Of a stretch of 64,000 nt of DNA, positions 1-9,231 are shown piece after piece. The DNA comes from a virus, in IMG/VR virus record IMGVR_UViG_3300045988_165036, positions 32,001 to 96,000 of that record; one strand, 5' to 3'. Below the pieces are notes generated by a model. That model did not search any database. It was not told the DNA's origin and worked only from the letters and a program-made list of their open reading frames with translations. A program made the position numbers and the translations under genes. Every line of letters starts with the position of its first letter. Position 1 is the stretch's first letter.

Positions 1-335
1 CTGCGGTTGCTCGTGAGGCGGGTCTTGATCTCGACCAAACTGCAGCAGCGTTGACTACAATGATTGACGTGTCGCAGCAGGATGCGAGCAGTGTTGGTAA
101 CGCTTTCAGAACGATTCTTGCGAGATACGGGAATGTTAAAGCAACTGCGTTTACTTCTTTGGTTGGCGACTCTGATGATGTTGACGACACAAATAGTTCT
201 ATAAACGATACCGAAAAAGTACTCGGAGCGATTGGGATTAAAATCCGTTCGTCTTCGAGTGATATGCGTGACTTTGATGACGTTATGGATGAGCTCGCTG
301 ACAAGTGGGTAACTCTTACCGACGTCGAAAAGAAT
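1..335 (+). CDS. tail tape measure protein, exon 1 (5' partial, enters window from upstream)
   Basis: Frame is open from nt 3. The peptide ...AFRTILARYGN...DFDDVMDELADKWVTLTDVEKN is typical of a TP901-type tape measure core. The sensible frame breaks after AAT 333-335 and resumes at 638 and 2153. Confidence 0.8.
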
Positions 336-637
336 TTGAAACAAAGTTCCATTATGGAGCAATCCATAATTGCAAACCCATTGAATTGCTGGAACGCCCT
401 TAGAGTAGTATAAACTAAAACATAGCGATGAAATATACGCAAGTGTGAATGTGGAAAATTATACTGATTGGGTAATCAGCAGCTAAGCTCCGAATAGGAG
501 AAAGTTCAACGACTAAGTGGTGGCAAGCGCCATCCAGTGGTGGGCTCCACGAAAGTGGATGATGAGATAGTCTAATCTCATATGAAAGTATGAGGAACAA
601 AAGTTCGTATGATTTAGCGAATCATATAAATAAAATG
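336..637 (+). mobile_element. group I intron 1 (ORF-less) in tape measure gene
   Basis: 302 nt. P1 can be drawn with the splice-site U.G wobble (g332-a-a-U335 pairs G346-t-t-c349, extended by t336 t337/a344 a345). Hairpins attatgga-gcaa-tccataat (351-370) and ccac-gaaa-gtgg (547-558, GNRA loop). Core block aggagaaaGTTCAACGAC (496-513), then AGTCTA (569-574) followed by hairpin ctcata/tatgag. Terminal G637 directly precedes in-frame exon 2. Confidence 0.7.
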
Positions 638-661
638 GCCGTTTCAACGGCACTCGCGGGT
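638..661 (+). CDS. tape measure protein, 24-nt micro-exon 2 (AVSTALAG)
   Basis: GCC GTT TCA ACG GCA CTC GCG GGT supplies the AxxxALAG segment expected between ...LTDVEKN and VRQRNIFG... in tape measure proteins. It is bounded by G637 upstream and U661 downstream, as group I splice sites require. Confidence 0.65.
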
Positions 662-1038
662 AAATTTATGCCCGTGTGTGGGTTAAAATACACACAAAGA
701 ACACATTTAATTGCAGGTAAAACCTTAGAGCCTTTTACCACAATAATCAAGAAATTAGATTATGACGGTTTAAAAACAAAAGGATTGGTAGATCTGCAAC
801 GAAGCTCCTAAATGAATATTTCACAAGGAGAACGTTCAACGACCATCCCCCGATGAGGGGCGTATTAATTATGCTACAGGAGTACGGCGCAAATAAAGGC
901 GTGGGTGAAAATCCCTCAAATGGAAATGGTGTGACTCGGTATGAAAATACAGGGTTAAGAAATGGTCTATTCTTGCGCGAAAACGCAAGCTGAAATTTAA
1001 TATAATAATTAGTTATTGATTTAAAAGGGGATTAAAAG

Positions 1039-1224
1039 ATGAAAGAGTATTATAACGTTTCTCAATTAAGAGTTTGCCGATATCTTTACTCACTGGGATT
1101 TGAGAAAGAAAGTTGGTTCGACAAAAACGGAAAAGAACATTGGCGATTTGAAAAAACAGATGATTTGATGATTGCTATGGATTTTTACAAAAAAATGAGA
1201 GACAAAAATAAAGTAAATAATTAA
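1039..1224 (+). CDS. intron-encoded small protein, unknown function
   Basis: 61-aa ORF with SD aaaagggga upstream of the ATG. It lies inside intron 2. No recognisable motif. Confidence 0.45.
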   Translation: MKEYYNVSQLRVCRYLYSLGFEKESWFDKNGKEHWRFEKTDDLMIAMDFYKKMRDKNKVNN

Positions 1225-1243
1225 AATCTTGGAGGTTTTTCAT

Positions 1244-2017
1244 ATGAAAAAATGGACAGAAGAAGAAATTGAATGGTTAAAAGAGAATTTTCCACATAAA
1301 CAATTTAGCGAAATGGAACGATATCTTAACAGATCTTGTCAAGCTATTACAAAAATGGCGCATAGATTAAAAATCAAAAGAGATGAATTGGTTTATAAAA
1401 ATTTTACAAAGGAACAGGATGAATGGTTGAGAAAGTTCTATTATGATGCGAGTTGGGAAGATCTTTTACAGAAATTTTCAAATTTATCAAAAACGCAAAT
1501 TGAGGCCCGGGCAAAATATCTGAAAATTAAAAGAAAACCAACATTTTATAAGTTCTCTAAAGAAGAAGATGAAACATTAAAAAAGTATTTTGGGAAAATT
1601 TCAACAAAAGAAGTATCCTTGCTCCTTGATGGTAGGGATGAAAAGGCGATATATCATCGCGCAAGAAAATTGGGGCTGGAAGTATATAAAATATGGACAA
1701 AAGAAAAAGACGAGTTTCTTATCAACAATTATGATAAGCTAAGAATAAGGGATCTTATGAAAGCGCTTGGCTTAAATTCTAATACACCAATTTATAATCG
1801 TATGCGAGAACTTGGTCTGCAAAATTGTGGAATTGGAAGAATTTGGAATGATGGAGATGACAGATTTTTAATAGATAATTATAATTTACTAACAAATAAA
1901 GATATTGCTTCTATATTAAAAAGAACAGAAATTGCTATAAAGAGCCGAGCAAGTAATCTTGGTATCAAAAAAGAAATAAATATGGATTGGGAAACAATAC
2001 GCCAGAGCAGTTTATAG
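1244..2017 (+). CDS. intron-encoded protein with five tandem ~50-aa Myb/SANT-like helix-turn-helix repeats
   Basis: SD ggagg lies 8 nt before ATG 1244. Five repeats fit the pattern W/F-[TS]-x-E-[EQK]-D-x-x-L-...-A-x-x-LG[IL]K (KKWTEEEIEWL.., KNFTKEQDEWL.., YKFSKEEDETL.., KIWTKEKDEFL.., RIWNDGDDRFL..). No GIY-YIG, HNH, LAGLIDADG or His-Cys motif seen. Confidence 0.6.
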   Translation: MKKWTEEEIEWLKENFPHKQFSEMERYLNRSCQAITKMAHRLKIKRDELVYKNFTKEQDEWLRKFYYDASWEDLLQKFSNLSKTQIEARAKYLKIKRKPTFYKFSKEEDETLKKYFGKISTKEVSLLLDGRDEKAIYHRARKLGLEVYKIWTKEKDEFLINNYDKLRIRDLMKALGLNSNTPIYNRMRELGLQNCGIGRIWNDGDDRFLIDNYNLLTNKDIASILKRTEIAIKSRASNLGIKKEINMDWETIRQSSL

Positions 2018-2152
2018 AATTTGTTTCTAATTTTTTCCCAGAAAAATTGGAAACATTATTAAAATATATGAAAAAAACAATAAAAATAACTAATTAAAAA
2101 ATAAATTATATTAAATTTCGGGTCGGAGTTATGAACCGACTGAATTCAAAAG

Positions 2153-5100
2153 GTCAGACAGCGTAATATTTTCGGGATCTATATGGAAAATTACGACACA
2201 TACAAACAGGCAATTTCTGAAGCCGAAAAAGCCCAGGGAACCGCCGCTCGTAAAATGCAGGCGTATAATGAAAGTGTTGCGTATAGTATCAATCAGCTCT
2301 CTGCGGCATGGGAAGGATTTACGCAAAAACTTGAGGCAAGTCCGGCCGTCAAGGGTATTTATTGGATTTTGACGCAAGGAATAAAGAATCTTGATCACAT
2401 TTTGCAGTGGTTAATACCCATTATCGCAACATTTAATGCCGATAAAATCGTAAGTCTCGCTAAATTTTTGTTTCCTTTGGTGACGGCTATTCCGAAAGCG
2501 GTTGGAAATGGATTTAAAGATCGTCACGGTAATGAATTCTATGAAAATATGACTCAAAAGATGACCGCAGAAAATACCAATGCTATTGAAGAGTTAACCA
2601 ATGCGACAAAAGATAACACTGCGGCATTAAGAGGAAGAAAGTCGAAGAGCGGCGCTGGCGGAGTTGGTAAAGCAGATGAGGGGGCAACACCAAAGGGCCC
2701 CAAAACAAAACAAAAGCCATATCAAAAGTATACATCTGATGTAAGGTCTCGCATAGATAGTCTTAATTATCATATTTCTGAAGCGGAAAAACAAGGAAAT
2801 GTTTCGGACGTAGAAAAACTTAAGAAAATTAAGTCGGAAGAATTAAGAAAAATAGAAGGAAACAAACCGGAAATTATTTCTGCGTATAGAAAAGATACCA
2901 GGGATGCGACAGAATTAGCCCAAAAACAAATTAATGAAATTGACAAAAGAGTGCAAGATTCAAAGGCTAACGCCCTTATGAGAAAAGAAATTGCGGAAAA
3001 TGCCCATAAAAACGGGCAGGTACAATCGAAACTTAAAGAGAAGGACAGAAGGGCTGAAGCTTCGCAGATTCACGCGGCTGAAATGGAGGCTTCTGGAGAG
3101 CAGCAGAAGGAGCAGATATTTAAAGAAAGAAACGATAGGCTCAAAGAGATTAAAAAACGGACAAAAAAAGATTTACGAGAAGAAAATAAGAGATTAAAAC
3201 AACAGGAAGAGGAATATAATAGAGCCAATAGCACTGGGAGAGCTAAAACCAGAACAGACGTAAAAGAACTCGCCCCAGAAGAACGCGCAAATCTTGAGGC
3301 TCAAAAGAAACTGGAGCGTTCCGCTCGTCTAAAGACCGGTGTTGTTTCTGGCATTGGCGCCGGAGCCGTTCGCTTTGCAAACAAAGGATCAAGTTTCCTC
3401 GATGAGGCTATGGGTGTTTCTGGTGTCGAAGTTGACACCGGTGAAGCTCTTGCAATGGGCGTTGCTCAGGGTGCTCTAACTGGAGTTGCGACTGCGTTTA
3501 TGGGACCTGCCGGAGCAGTTCTTGCCTCAATTCTTGGAGACGTTTTGTCTTCTTTCTGGAAAAAAATTGCTCACGCAGACGAAATTGATCGTAAACAGCG
3601 TGTCGAAGATGCCAAAAAACAACTCGAAGCAATTAAAGGGATCGAAAGTTCAGTTACTGGTTTGATTGATTTAAACAAAAAAAATCAAGCGCTGTGGGAT
3701 TCTGATGAATGGAAACAATTCAACGAACAGGTTGAAACAATCAATGAAGCTCTTGAAAAATCAGAGCTCGGAGATAGAATAATCAACCTCGGCAACAGTA
3801 CACAAACCCTTTCTGAATATTTCGAAGAAGCGGCAAGAACCGGAAATAAAGATATGCTTTCTCGCGTCGAAGCGGAGAGAATTCGTTTTGAGGCTGAAAA
3901 GACATACGCTGCAGGAGAACAGGATCGTTATACCCTCCAAAAAGAGATTAACGAGAATCAAAAGAAGCTCGCAAAGCTTGATAACGACGAGATATCGAAA
4001 AGGAAAGAACTTAACGTAGCAATCAAAGCTGCGAGGTCAGAAATTAAAGACTATTCCGAAGCCCTGAAGAGGGGTTATATGCAAGCGTCGTTCTACTCTT
4101 CTGGCGTTGGAACAATGGAGTCTTATGACATTGGAAACGCAACGCTTGATAGAGTAATTATGCAAATCGCTCGAGAATGGGCAAAAGATAGTCCTGATAT
4201 TTTTGCTGGAAATCAGCTGACGAGCGATGCTCGTTTCGAAATTATTTCGTATCTGCGAGAACAGCCGGGCTATTCTTCTCTGTTTAAAAACGACACGAAG
4301 AATGTTGGAGATATGTTAACAGCAAGAGACGCAGTTGATGATTTGAGAAAATCTCTTAATATGTCTCAAAAACAATTGAAAGAGTTTGCCAATAGTAAAG
4401 ATCTTCTTAAAATTGGAAAGTCTTTCGGTTTAATTAAAGATGATATTATTGATATTAATCAATTGTCAGAAGCAGACAAATCTGCTGTTTATAAATTGAT
4501 CGATAAAATTAATCTTGTTGATGAAGACGGAATTACAACAATTGCACACGCAATGAATATGACCGTTGAAGAATTTGAAAGAGCAAATGCAGATGGAGCA
4601 TTTAACTGGCTAACAGCTGATGTTGCGATTGGTGGAATAGATAAGTTAAATGAAAAAATGCAGACATTTAACGATTTGTTATCTGCAGCATCCGAGGGTT
4701 CCCTTTTAACTTCTGAAAATCTAAACAAGATTGCAAATCAATTCCCAACATTGCTCCGTGGAGTTGACGAAGCTGGGAAATATACAAAAGATTTGAGCTC
4801 CGATAATATTCTTGATAATATAATCAGAATGATGACAGACGAAGATTCCTTACGAGAAATTTATTCTGGACTATTTTCTGGAAGCGTAGCAAAAGATTCT
4901 GAAATCTGGAATAATTTTATGACCCTTGGAAAAGGAAGCGAAATTGCTAATTCCAATCTTTCTGAAGAGATTAAAGAGCGTATTAAAAAAGCAGGCTCTT
5001 ATTCTGATATCGTCGATATTTTTGCAATGGATAAGATGAAAGAATATAATGACGCGTTTAAAGAGTATGTTACAAGTATGTATCCAATAACTGATTTACT

Positions 5101-6694
5101 TGATGCACAAGCAAAGATTTTGGAGGAATACGGAAAATATACTCTAGAGACAGAGATTTCTAATCTTGAGTCGGTTCGAGATTCTCTTGACGATGTTAAT
5201 AAACAGCGCGAGAAGGAACTTGAACTGATTAAAGCAAAAGAAGCTCTTGAAAATGCATCAAAAGAAAAGAAGCGCATATATCGTGCTGGAGTCGGATTTG
5301 TCTATACGACAGATCAAGAAGCTGTTAAATCTGCGCAGGGAAAAGTTGACGAACTAGAAAGACAACGTGACAAAGACAATATTCAATATCAGATTGATTC
5401 GTTGCAACAGCAGAAAGAAATTCTTGAAAATATTGAAAACAACAAGCAATTAGAGTCTCTCGTTGATACCGCAGAAAGGATTCTCGGTAGCGATGGTTCG
5501 AATAATGGCATTGCCGGAATTATTACTGCCGTTAATTCAATAACTAGTGATGAATTTATAAATAAAATCAAAGAACAGGTTAAGACCGGGATTACTGAAT
5601 CAATTCAAAAAACAAACGACGAATCAAAAGAATCGGCTTACAAGAGCTATAAAGAGGCACAGTCTAGCTTAGAAGATTTTCGCAAAGAAGAATATGTGAC
5701 GCCAGAGGGAGAAAAAACAGGGTATGCAAAAGGAGATATTTTGAATAATCCAAGATCCCCATATTATTCTTCTGTTTATGACGAATATAAGTCTAAAATA
5801 AATAGCGTGAATAAATATGCTGAAAATTACAATAAGTATGTACAAGATAATTCTAAAAAAATCAGCAAAGAAAAGGCTGATGAGTCTAAGCAAAAATTCG
5901 GGTTTTTTGCTCCTGCATCGGGGTTAAAAAGAGTTATGGGAGCAAAGTCGGGAAACGTATTTGTATTCGGAATAAGCCCGAGCGTTAATCCAAATTGGGC
6001 AAGTAACGATCAATACACAGCAGGGAATTCTTCTAATATTTATATATCTAAACAAACTGATGATGGCGGTTTTGGTGGATTTGAACAATCTCCGTGGAAG
6101 GGGACGGCAGAAGAGGCAATAAATAAAGTAAAAGGACCCGCCCTAATTGTAAACAATAAAGGTGGAAAAGACTATTTAATTTATAAAGATGTTAATGGGG
6201 AAATCCATAATACTGTTGTTAGATTAAATAATGGAGACGAGTCTTTAGATGGGGAGCTGAGTTATGATGCATTTTTTAATGGGAAAGTTTTTAGTGGATC
6301 TAATGGCTTAAAGGCATTAAGAAAAATGGCTGATAATTATAATCCATTTGCTTCTGGTACTCTTTCAGCCCCTGGTGGTCGCTCCCTGATCAACGAAAAC
6401 GGTCTTGAATCCATTATTACTCCTTCTGGAACAATCACTTCTCTTCCTGCTAAATCTGGCATTGTTCCTGCCGATCTTACTCGTAACTTGTGGGCTCTTG
6501 GTGAGGTTGCCCCTAACCTTATTGCTCGTCTTGGTGGCAACAGTCTCCAGACCAACAATTCTAATTCTTCTACTGACAATTCGATCAATATTCAGAATCT
6601 TGATGCTACGTTTAATACGCAAAGCGATTTCGACGGACGTCGATTCTTAACAGATCTTCGTAATCAGGTTATCTTGACTGCAAATAATCATTAA
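2153..6694 (+). CDS. tail tape measure protein, exon 3
   Basis: The frame upstream of ATG 2183 reads VRQRNIFGIY-MENYDTYKQAI..., continuing the tape measure core. A long coiled-coil K/E-rich body follows, and the C-terminus (SGTLSAPGGRSLINENGLESIITPSG) is typical of tape measures. Confidence 0.85.
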   Translation, partial: VRQRNIFGIYMENYDTYKQAISEAEKAQGTAARKMQAYNESVAYSINQLSAAWEGFTQKLEASPAVKGIYWILTQGIKNLDHILQWLIPIIATFNADKIVSLAKFLFPLVTAIPKAVGNGFKDRHGNEFYENMTQKMTAENTNAIEELTNATKDNTAALRGRKSKSGAGGVGKADEGATPKGPKTKQKPYQKYTSDVRSRIDSLNYHISEAEKQGNVSDVEKLKKIKSEELRKIEGNKPEIISAYRKDTRDATELAQKQINEIDKRVQDSKANALMRKEIAENAHKNGQVQSKLKEKDRRAEASQIHAAEMEASGEQQKEQIFKERNDRLKEIKKRTKKDLREENKRLKQQEEEYNRANSTGRAKTRTDVKELAPEERANLEAQKKLERSARLKTGVVSGIGAGAVRFANKGSSFLDEAMGVSGVEVDTGEALAMGVAQGALTGVATAFMGPAGAVLASILGDVLSSFWKKIAHADEIDRKQRVEDAKKQLEAIKGIESSVTGLIDLNKKNQALWDSDEWKQFNEQVETINEALEKSELGDRIINLGNSTQTLSEYFEEAARTGNKDMLSRVEAERIRFEAEKTYAAGEQDRYTLQKEINENQKKLAKLDNDEISKRKELNVAIKAARSEIKDYSEALKRGYMQASFYSSGVGTMESYDIGNATLDRVIMQIAREWAKDSPDIFAGNQLTSDARFEIISYLREQPGYSSLFKNDTKNVGDMLTARDAVDDLRKSLNMSQKQLKEFANSKDLLKIGKSFGLIKDDIIDINQLSEADKSAVYKLIDKINLVDEDGITTIAHAMNMTVEEFERANADGAFNWLTADVAIGGIDKLNEKMQTFNDLLSAASEGSLLTSENLNKIANQFPTLLRGVDEAGKYTKDLSSDNILDNIIRMMTDEDSLREIYSGLFSGSVAKDSEIWNNFMTLGKGSEIANSNLSEEIKERIKKAGSYSDIVDIFAMDKMKEYNDAFKEYVTSMYPITDLLDAQAKILEEYGKYTLETEISNLESVRDSLDDVNKQREKELELIKAKEALENASKEKKRIYRAGVGFVYTTDQEAVKSAQGKVDELERQRDKDNIQYQIDSLQQQKEILENIENNKQLESLVDTAERILGSDGSNNGIAGIITAVNSITSDEFINKIKEQVKTGITESIQKTNDESKESAYKSYKEAQSSLEDFRKEEYVTPEGEKTGYAKGDILNNPRSPYYSSVYDEYKSKINSVNKYAENYNKYVQDNSKKISKEKADESKQKFGFFAPASGLKRVMGAKSGNVFVFGISPSVNPNWASNDQYTAGNSSNIYISKQTDDGGFGGFEQSPWKGTAEEAINKVKGPALIVNNKGGKDYLIYKDVNGEIHNTVVRLNNGDESLDGELSYDAFFNGKVFSGSNGLKALRKMADNYNPFASGTLSAPGGRSLINENGLESIITPSGTITSLPAKSGIVPADLTRNLWALGEVAPNLIARLGGNSLQTNNSNSSTDNSINIQNLDATFNTQSDFDGRRFLTDLRNQVILTANNH

Positions 6695-6702
6695 AAACAA
6701 AA

Positions 6703-6736
6703 AGAGGGCTGCGGTGAGAGATTATCACAGCCCTCT
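6703..6736 (+). terminator. stem-loop after tape measure gene (weak terminator candidate)
   Basis: agagggctg (6703-6711) pairs with cagccctct (6728-6736). No T-run follows. Confidence 0.3.
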
Positions 6737-6752
6737 CTATGTTGGAGGATTT

Positions 6753-7379
6753 ATGAAATTTAACAAAAAATTAACAATTCTAATTTGGGTTCTTTCGTTC
6801 ACTTGGGCTCTTCCGACAACTCTTGTTGGGTGCGTCGTTGCGTTATATCTCCGATTTCGTGGAAATAAACTGAAAAGGTTCGGACCAATTTTTTACTTTC
6901 CGATCACAGAAGATTATGGGCTGAATCTTGGTCCTTTTATTCTTGCCCCTAAAAATACCGATTTTTACTTGAACGCGCACGAGCTTGGTCATCATCTTCA
7001 GGCGTGTTTCAGGTATGGACCTTTCACCGTTTTTGTTGTCGCAATTCCGAGCGTTATTCGTTTTTGGTTGAGAAAACAGAAAACATATGACGGAAAACTT
7101 TTATATGCTTGTCTGCTTGTAATCGCAATTTATATTGTGAGCGCAGCCCTTAGCTGGATCGGATATTTCACGAAAATTGTCGCACTTGCGTTTATCGGAT
7201 TATTTTTAACAATTTATGGAATTGCTATTCAGATTTGGTTGAATAGGTTCGAAGCCCCGCGTTATAAAGATGGGAACTATCCGTCGTATGATGACGCGTG
7301 GTTTGAGAGAGATGCGACTAAAAAGGGAAACGATTTTATGAGAAAGTATTTCAACGAAGAGGTGAAACGGTTTTGGTAA
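6753..7379 (+). CDS. polytopic membrane protein with HExxH motif
   Basis: SD ggagg before ATG 6753. Several hydrophobic segments. NAHELGHHLQ is a zincin-like HExxH motif. Confidence 0.55.
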   Translation: MKFNKKLTILIWVLSFTWALPTTLVGCVVALYLRFRGNKLKRFGPIFYFPITEDYGLNLGPFILAPKNTDFYLNAHELGHHLQACFRYGPFTVFVVAIPSVIRFWLRKQKTYDGKLLYACLLVIAIYIVSAALSWIGYFTKIVALAFIGLFLTIYGIAIQIWLNRFEAPRYKDGNYPSYDDAWFERDATKKGNDFMRKYFNEEVKRFW

Positions 7380-8035
7380 AATATAATTATGATTTGTCAA
7401 ATTATGATTATGTTTTAAGCTTCGACCTCGCAAAACAAAAGACTGGATGGGCACTTGTTAATATTAAATCAAACAGGGTCGAAATGTCCGGGATAATAAT
7501 TTTGAACGAAAAAGTAGATTCTGTTTGGCTTGATGTATACGATAAAATCGTAGTTGTTTTGGATGATGTTAAAAAACATTGTCAAAATTTGGATAAGAAG
7601 TTTTTCGTGTTGAAGGAGAAACTCCCAAATCAGGCCGGAAGATTTACGACAATTGCGTCTCTCCAAGGATTGGCGCAAGTCCACGCAATTTGGGAACTCG
7701 CTTGTAAAAAGTCGGAAGCAGAAGTTTATGATTTCGACGGCGTTCATTCTGTTAGTGTTAAGGCTTTCTTTAAGAGAAAATACGAGATTGAAAAACCTCA
7801 AAAGGAAGACATCGCGAAATTGGTTTGTAAAAATTATTGTTTTGACATCGGAGATAATCCATTAGATATTACTGATGCAATTGCTTGTGTTCAAACATTG
7901 ATTGAATATAAGTGGAATGAAGACATTAAAGATGAAATTAAAGAGCTCGAAAAAGAACAAAAAAATTATAAAACAAATAAAAAGAAAAATCAGATCGCCG
8001 AAAAAATTCAGCGGCTGGAAGTGTTGGAGGTTTAA
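7373..8035 (+). CDS. RuvC-like Holliday junction resolvase (putative)
   Basis: SFDLAKQKTGWALV (first acidic motif), LKEKLP, and DITDAIACV near the C-terminus resemble phage RuvC-type resolvases. The start (TTG 7373) is uncertain. Confidence 0.5.
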   Translation: MVKYNYDLSNYDYVLSFDLAKQKTGWALVNIKSNRVEMSGIIILNEKVDSVWLDVYDKIVVVLDDVKKHCQNLDKKFFVLKEKLPNQAGRFTTIASLQGLAQVHAIWELACKKSEAEVYDFDGVHSVSVKAFFKRKYEIEKPQKEDIAKLVCKNYCFDIGDNPLDITDAIACVQTLIEYKWNEDIKDEIKELEKEQKNYKTNKKKNQIAEKIQRLEVLEV

Positions 8036-8037
8036 AT

Positions 8038-8364
8038 ATGGAAAATATTGGTTTATATTTAGGTATTGGAGCTGTCGTTCTTGCCTTTCTTTCGTATCTT
8101 GTGCCGCAGATTATTAAGTTCTGTAAAATGTCTAAGGATGATAAAAAGAAGCTTTTATTAACATATCTTGCTGGACTTGTAACGATGGCAGAGGAAGAAA
8201 TTGGTTCGGGGCACGGAGCGGAGAAGCTAGAAAAGGTTGAAAATTATTTTAAGGCTCACGCCGGGGTTTTTTATAAAATTATTTTGCTAATTTTTGGGAA
8301 AGAAAATCTAAAAGATTTAATTGAACAAGCGCTTGCACTTGTTAAGAAAAATTTCGAAAAGTAA
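8038..8364 (+). CDS. holin-like protein (LL-H-type, putative)
   Basis: N-terminal TM helix LYLGIGAVVLAFLSYLVPQII, then TMAEEEIGSGHGAEKLEKV, which is reminiscent of LL-H family holins. SD ggagg present. Confidence 0.45.
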   Translation: MENIGLYLGIGAVVLAFLSYLVPQIIKFCKMSKDDKKKLLLTYLAGLVTMAEEEIGSGHGAEKLEKVENYFKAHAGVFYKIILLIFGKENLKDLIEQALALVKKNFEK

Positions 8365-8388
8365 TTTTTTATAAGGAGAGGCATTTGT

Positions 8389-9213
8389 ATGATTACACTT
8401 CAAAATTTTGTTAAAAACGCAAACGCATATACGCTTTTGCTGACAATGGGAGAATACGATACGGCAGATATGCTTCCTACAGCACAAAAACCGTTTTCTC
8501 CTGAGTTTTATCCGGTGTCGGTAGATTATGGTGTCCCTGCACCCGGTTCCGTTGCCATTAATTATTTCACACAGGAAAACTTTATGTTCGTCAACGGGAT
8601 GTGGGGAAAAGATAGCGTCCCCTCTGTTCTCGAACAACTTACGGTGACTGAAAACAACGTATATACTCCGGACGAAGGCGTAGATGGATATGATAAAGTT
8701 ACGGTTAATGTTCCACAATTAGATACTTCCGACGCGACTGCAGTTGCTGGGGACATTTTGACCGGTAAGACCGCATATGTAAAAGACAAGAAGGTGACTG
8801 GAACTCTCAGCACTCAAATGAAGACCGCGACCCCGAGTTCTGCTTCGCAGACGATTACCCCGGACGCCGGTAAGCTGTTAAGCAGCGTTGTTGTTGAAGC
8901 AGCTCCACTTGACGCTGCGAAGACCGTTGCGGCTAGTACTTCTGCCAAAACGGTATCGCCAAGCACAGGGAAACTTGGTATCAAATCGGTTATTATTGAA
9001 CCGACGCCGAGTTCGCCGAAAACTGTTACGCCGACGAAGTCTGTTCAAAATGTTACTCCTAATGAAGGAGAACTTCTTTCTGATGTCACAGTAAATGCAA
9101 TTCCAAATGAATATATTATTCCGACTGGAACACAGACGATTACCACAAATGGGACCGTCGATGTAACGAATCTGGCAAGTGTTGTGGTTAACGTTCCGAC
9201 GACTGCCGGATAA
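8389..9213 (+). CDS. structural protein with four degenerate ~25-aa repeats
   Basis: Repeats: VYTPDEGVDGYDKVTVNVP / QTITPDAGKLLSSVVVEAAP / KTVSPSTGKLGIKSVIIEPTP / QNVTPNEGELLSDVTVNAIP. SD aaggagagg present. Confidence 0.5.
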   Translation: MITLQNFVKNANAYTLLLTMGEYDTADMLPTAQKPFSPEFYPVSVDYGVPAPGSVAINYFTQENFMFVNGMWGKDSVPSVLEQLTVTENNVYTPDEGVDGYDKVTVNVPQLDTSDATAVAGDILTGKTAYVKDKKVTGTLSTQMKTATPSSASQTITPDAGKLLSSVVVEAAPLDAAKTVAASTSAKTVSPSTGKLGIKSVIIEPTPSSPKTVTPTKSVQNVTPNEGELLSDVTVNAIPNEYIIPTGTQTITTNGTVDVTNLASVVVNVPTTAG

Positions 9214-9231
9214 TAAAAGGAGAAAATAATT

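Larger units (their letters stand above)
662..2152 (+). mobile_element. group I intron 2 (ORF-containing) in tape measure gene
   Basis: 1491 nt. P1: c655-g-c-g-g-g-U661 pairs G670-c-c-c-g-t-g676 with U.G at the splice site. Core block aggagaacGTTCAACGAC (826-843) is 17/18 identical to intron 1. GGTCTA (964-969) is followed by hairpin cttgcg-cgaaaa-cgcaag (972-989). ORFs at 1039-2017 lie 3' of the core. Terminal G2152 precedes in-frame exon 3. Confidence 0.7.

Noticed and set aside
590-811. 73-aa ORF 590-811 as a gene.
   Set aside because: It spans the end of intron 1, the 24-nt micro-exon and the start of intron 2. Only the AVSTALAG codons make sense, as tape measure sequence.
6337-6650. Overlapping ORFs in several frames and strands at the 3' end of the tape measure gene.
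   Set aside because: They lie entirely within the well-supported tape measure frame, in a compositionally biased stretch. No independent signals support them.
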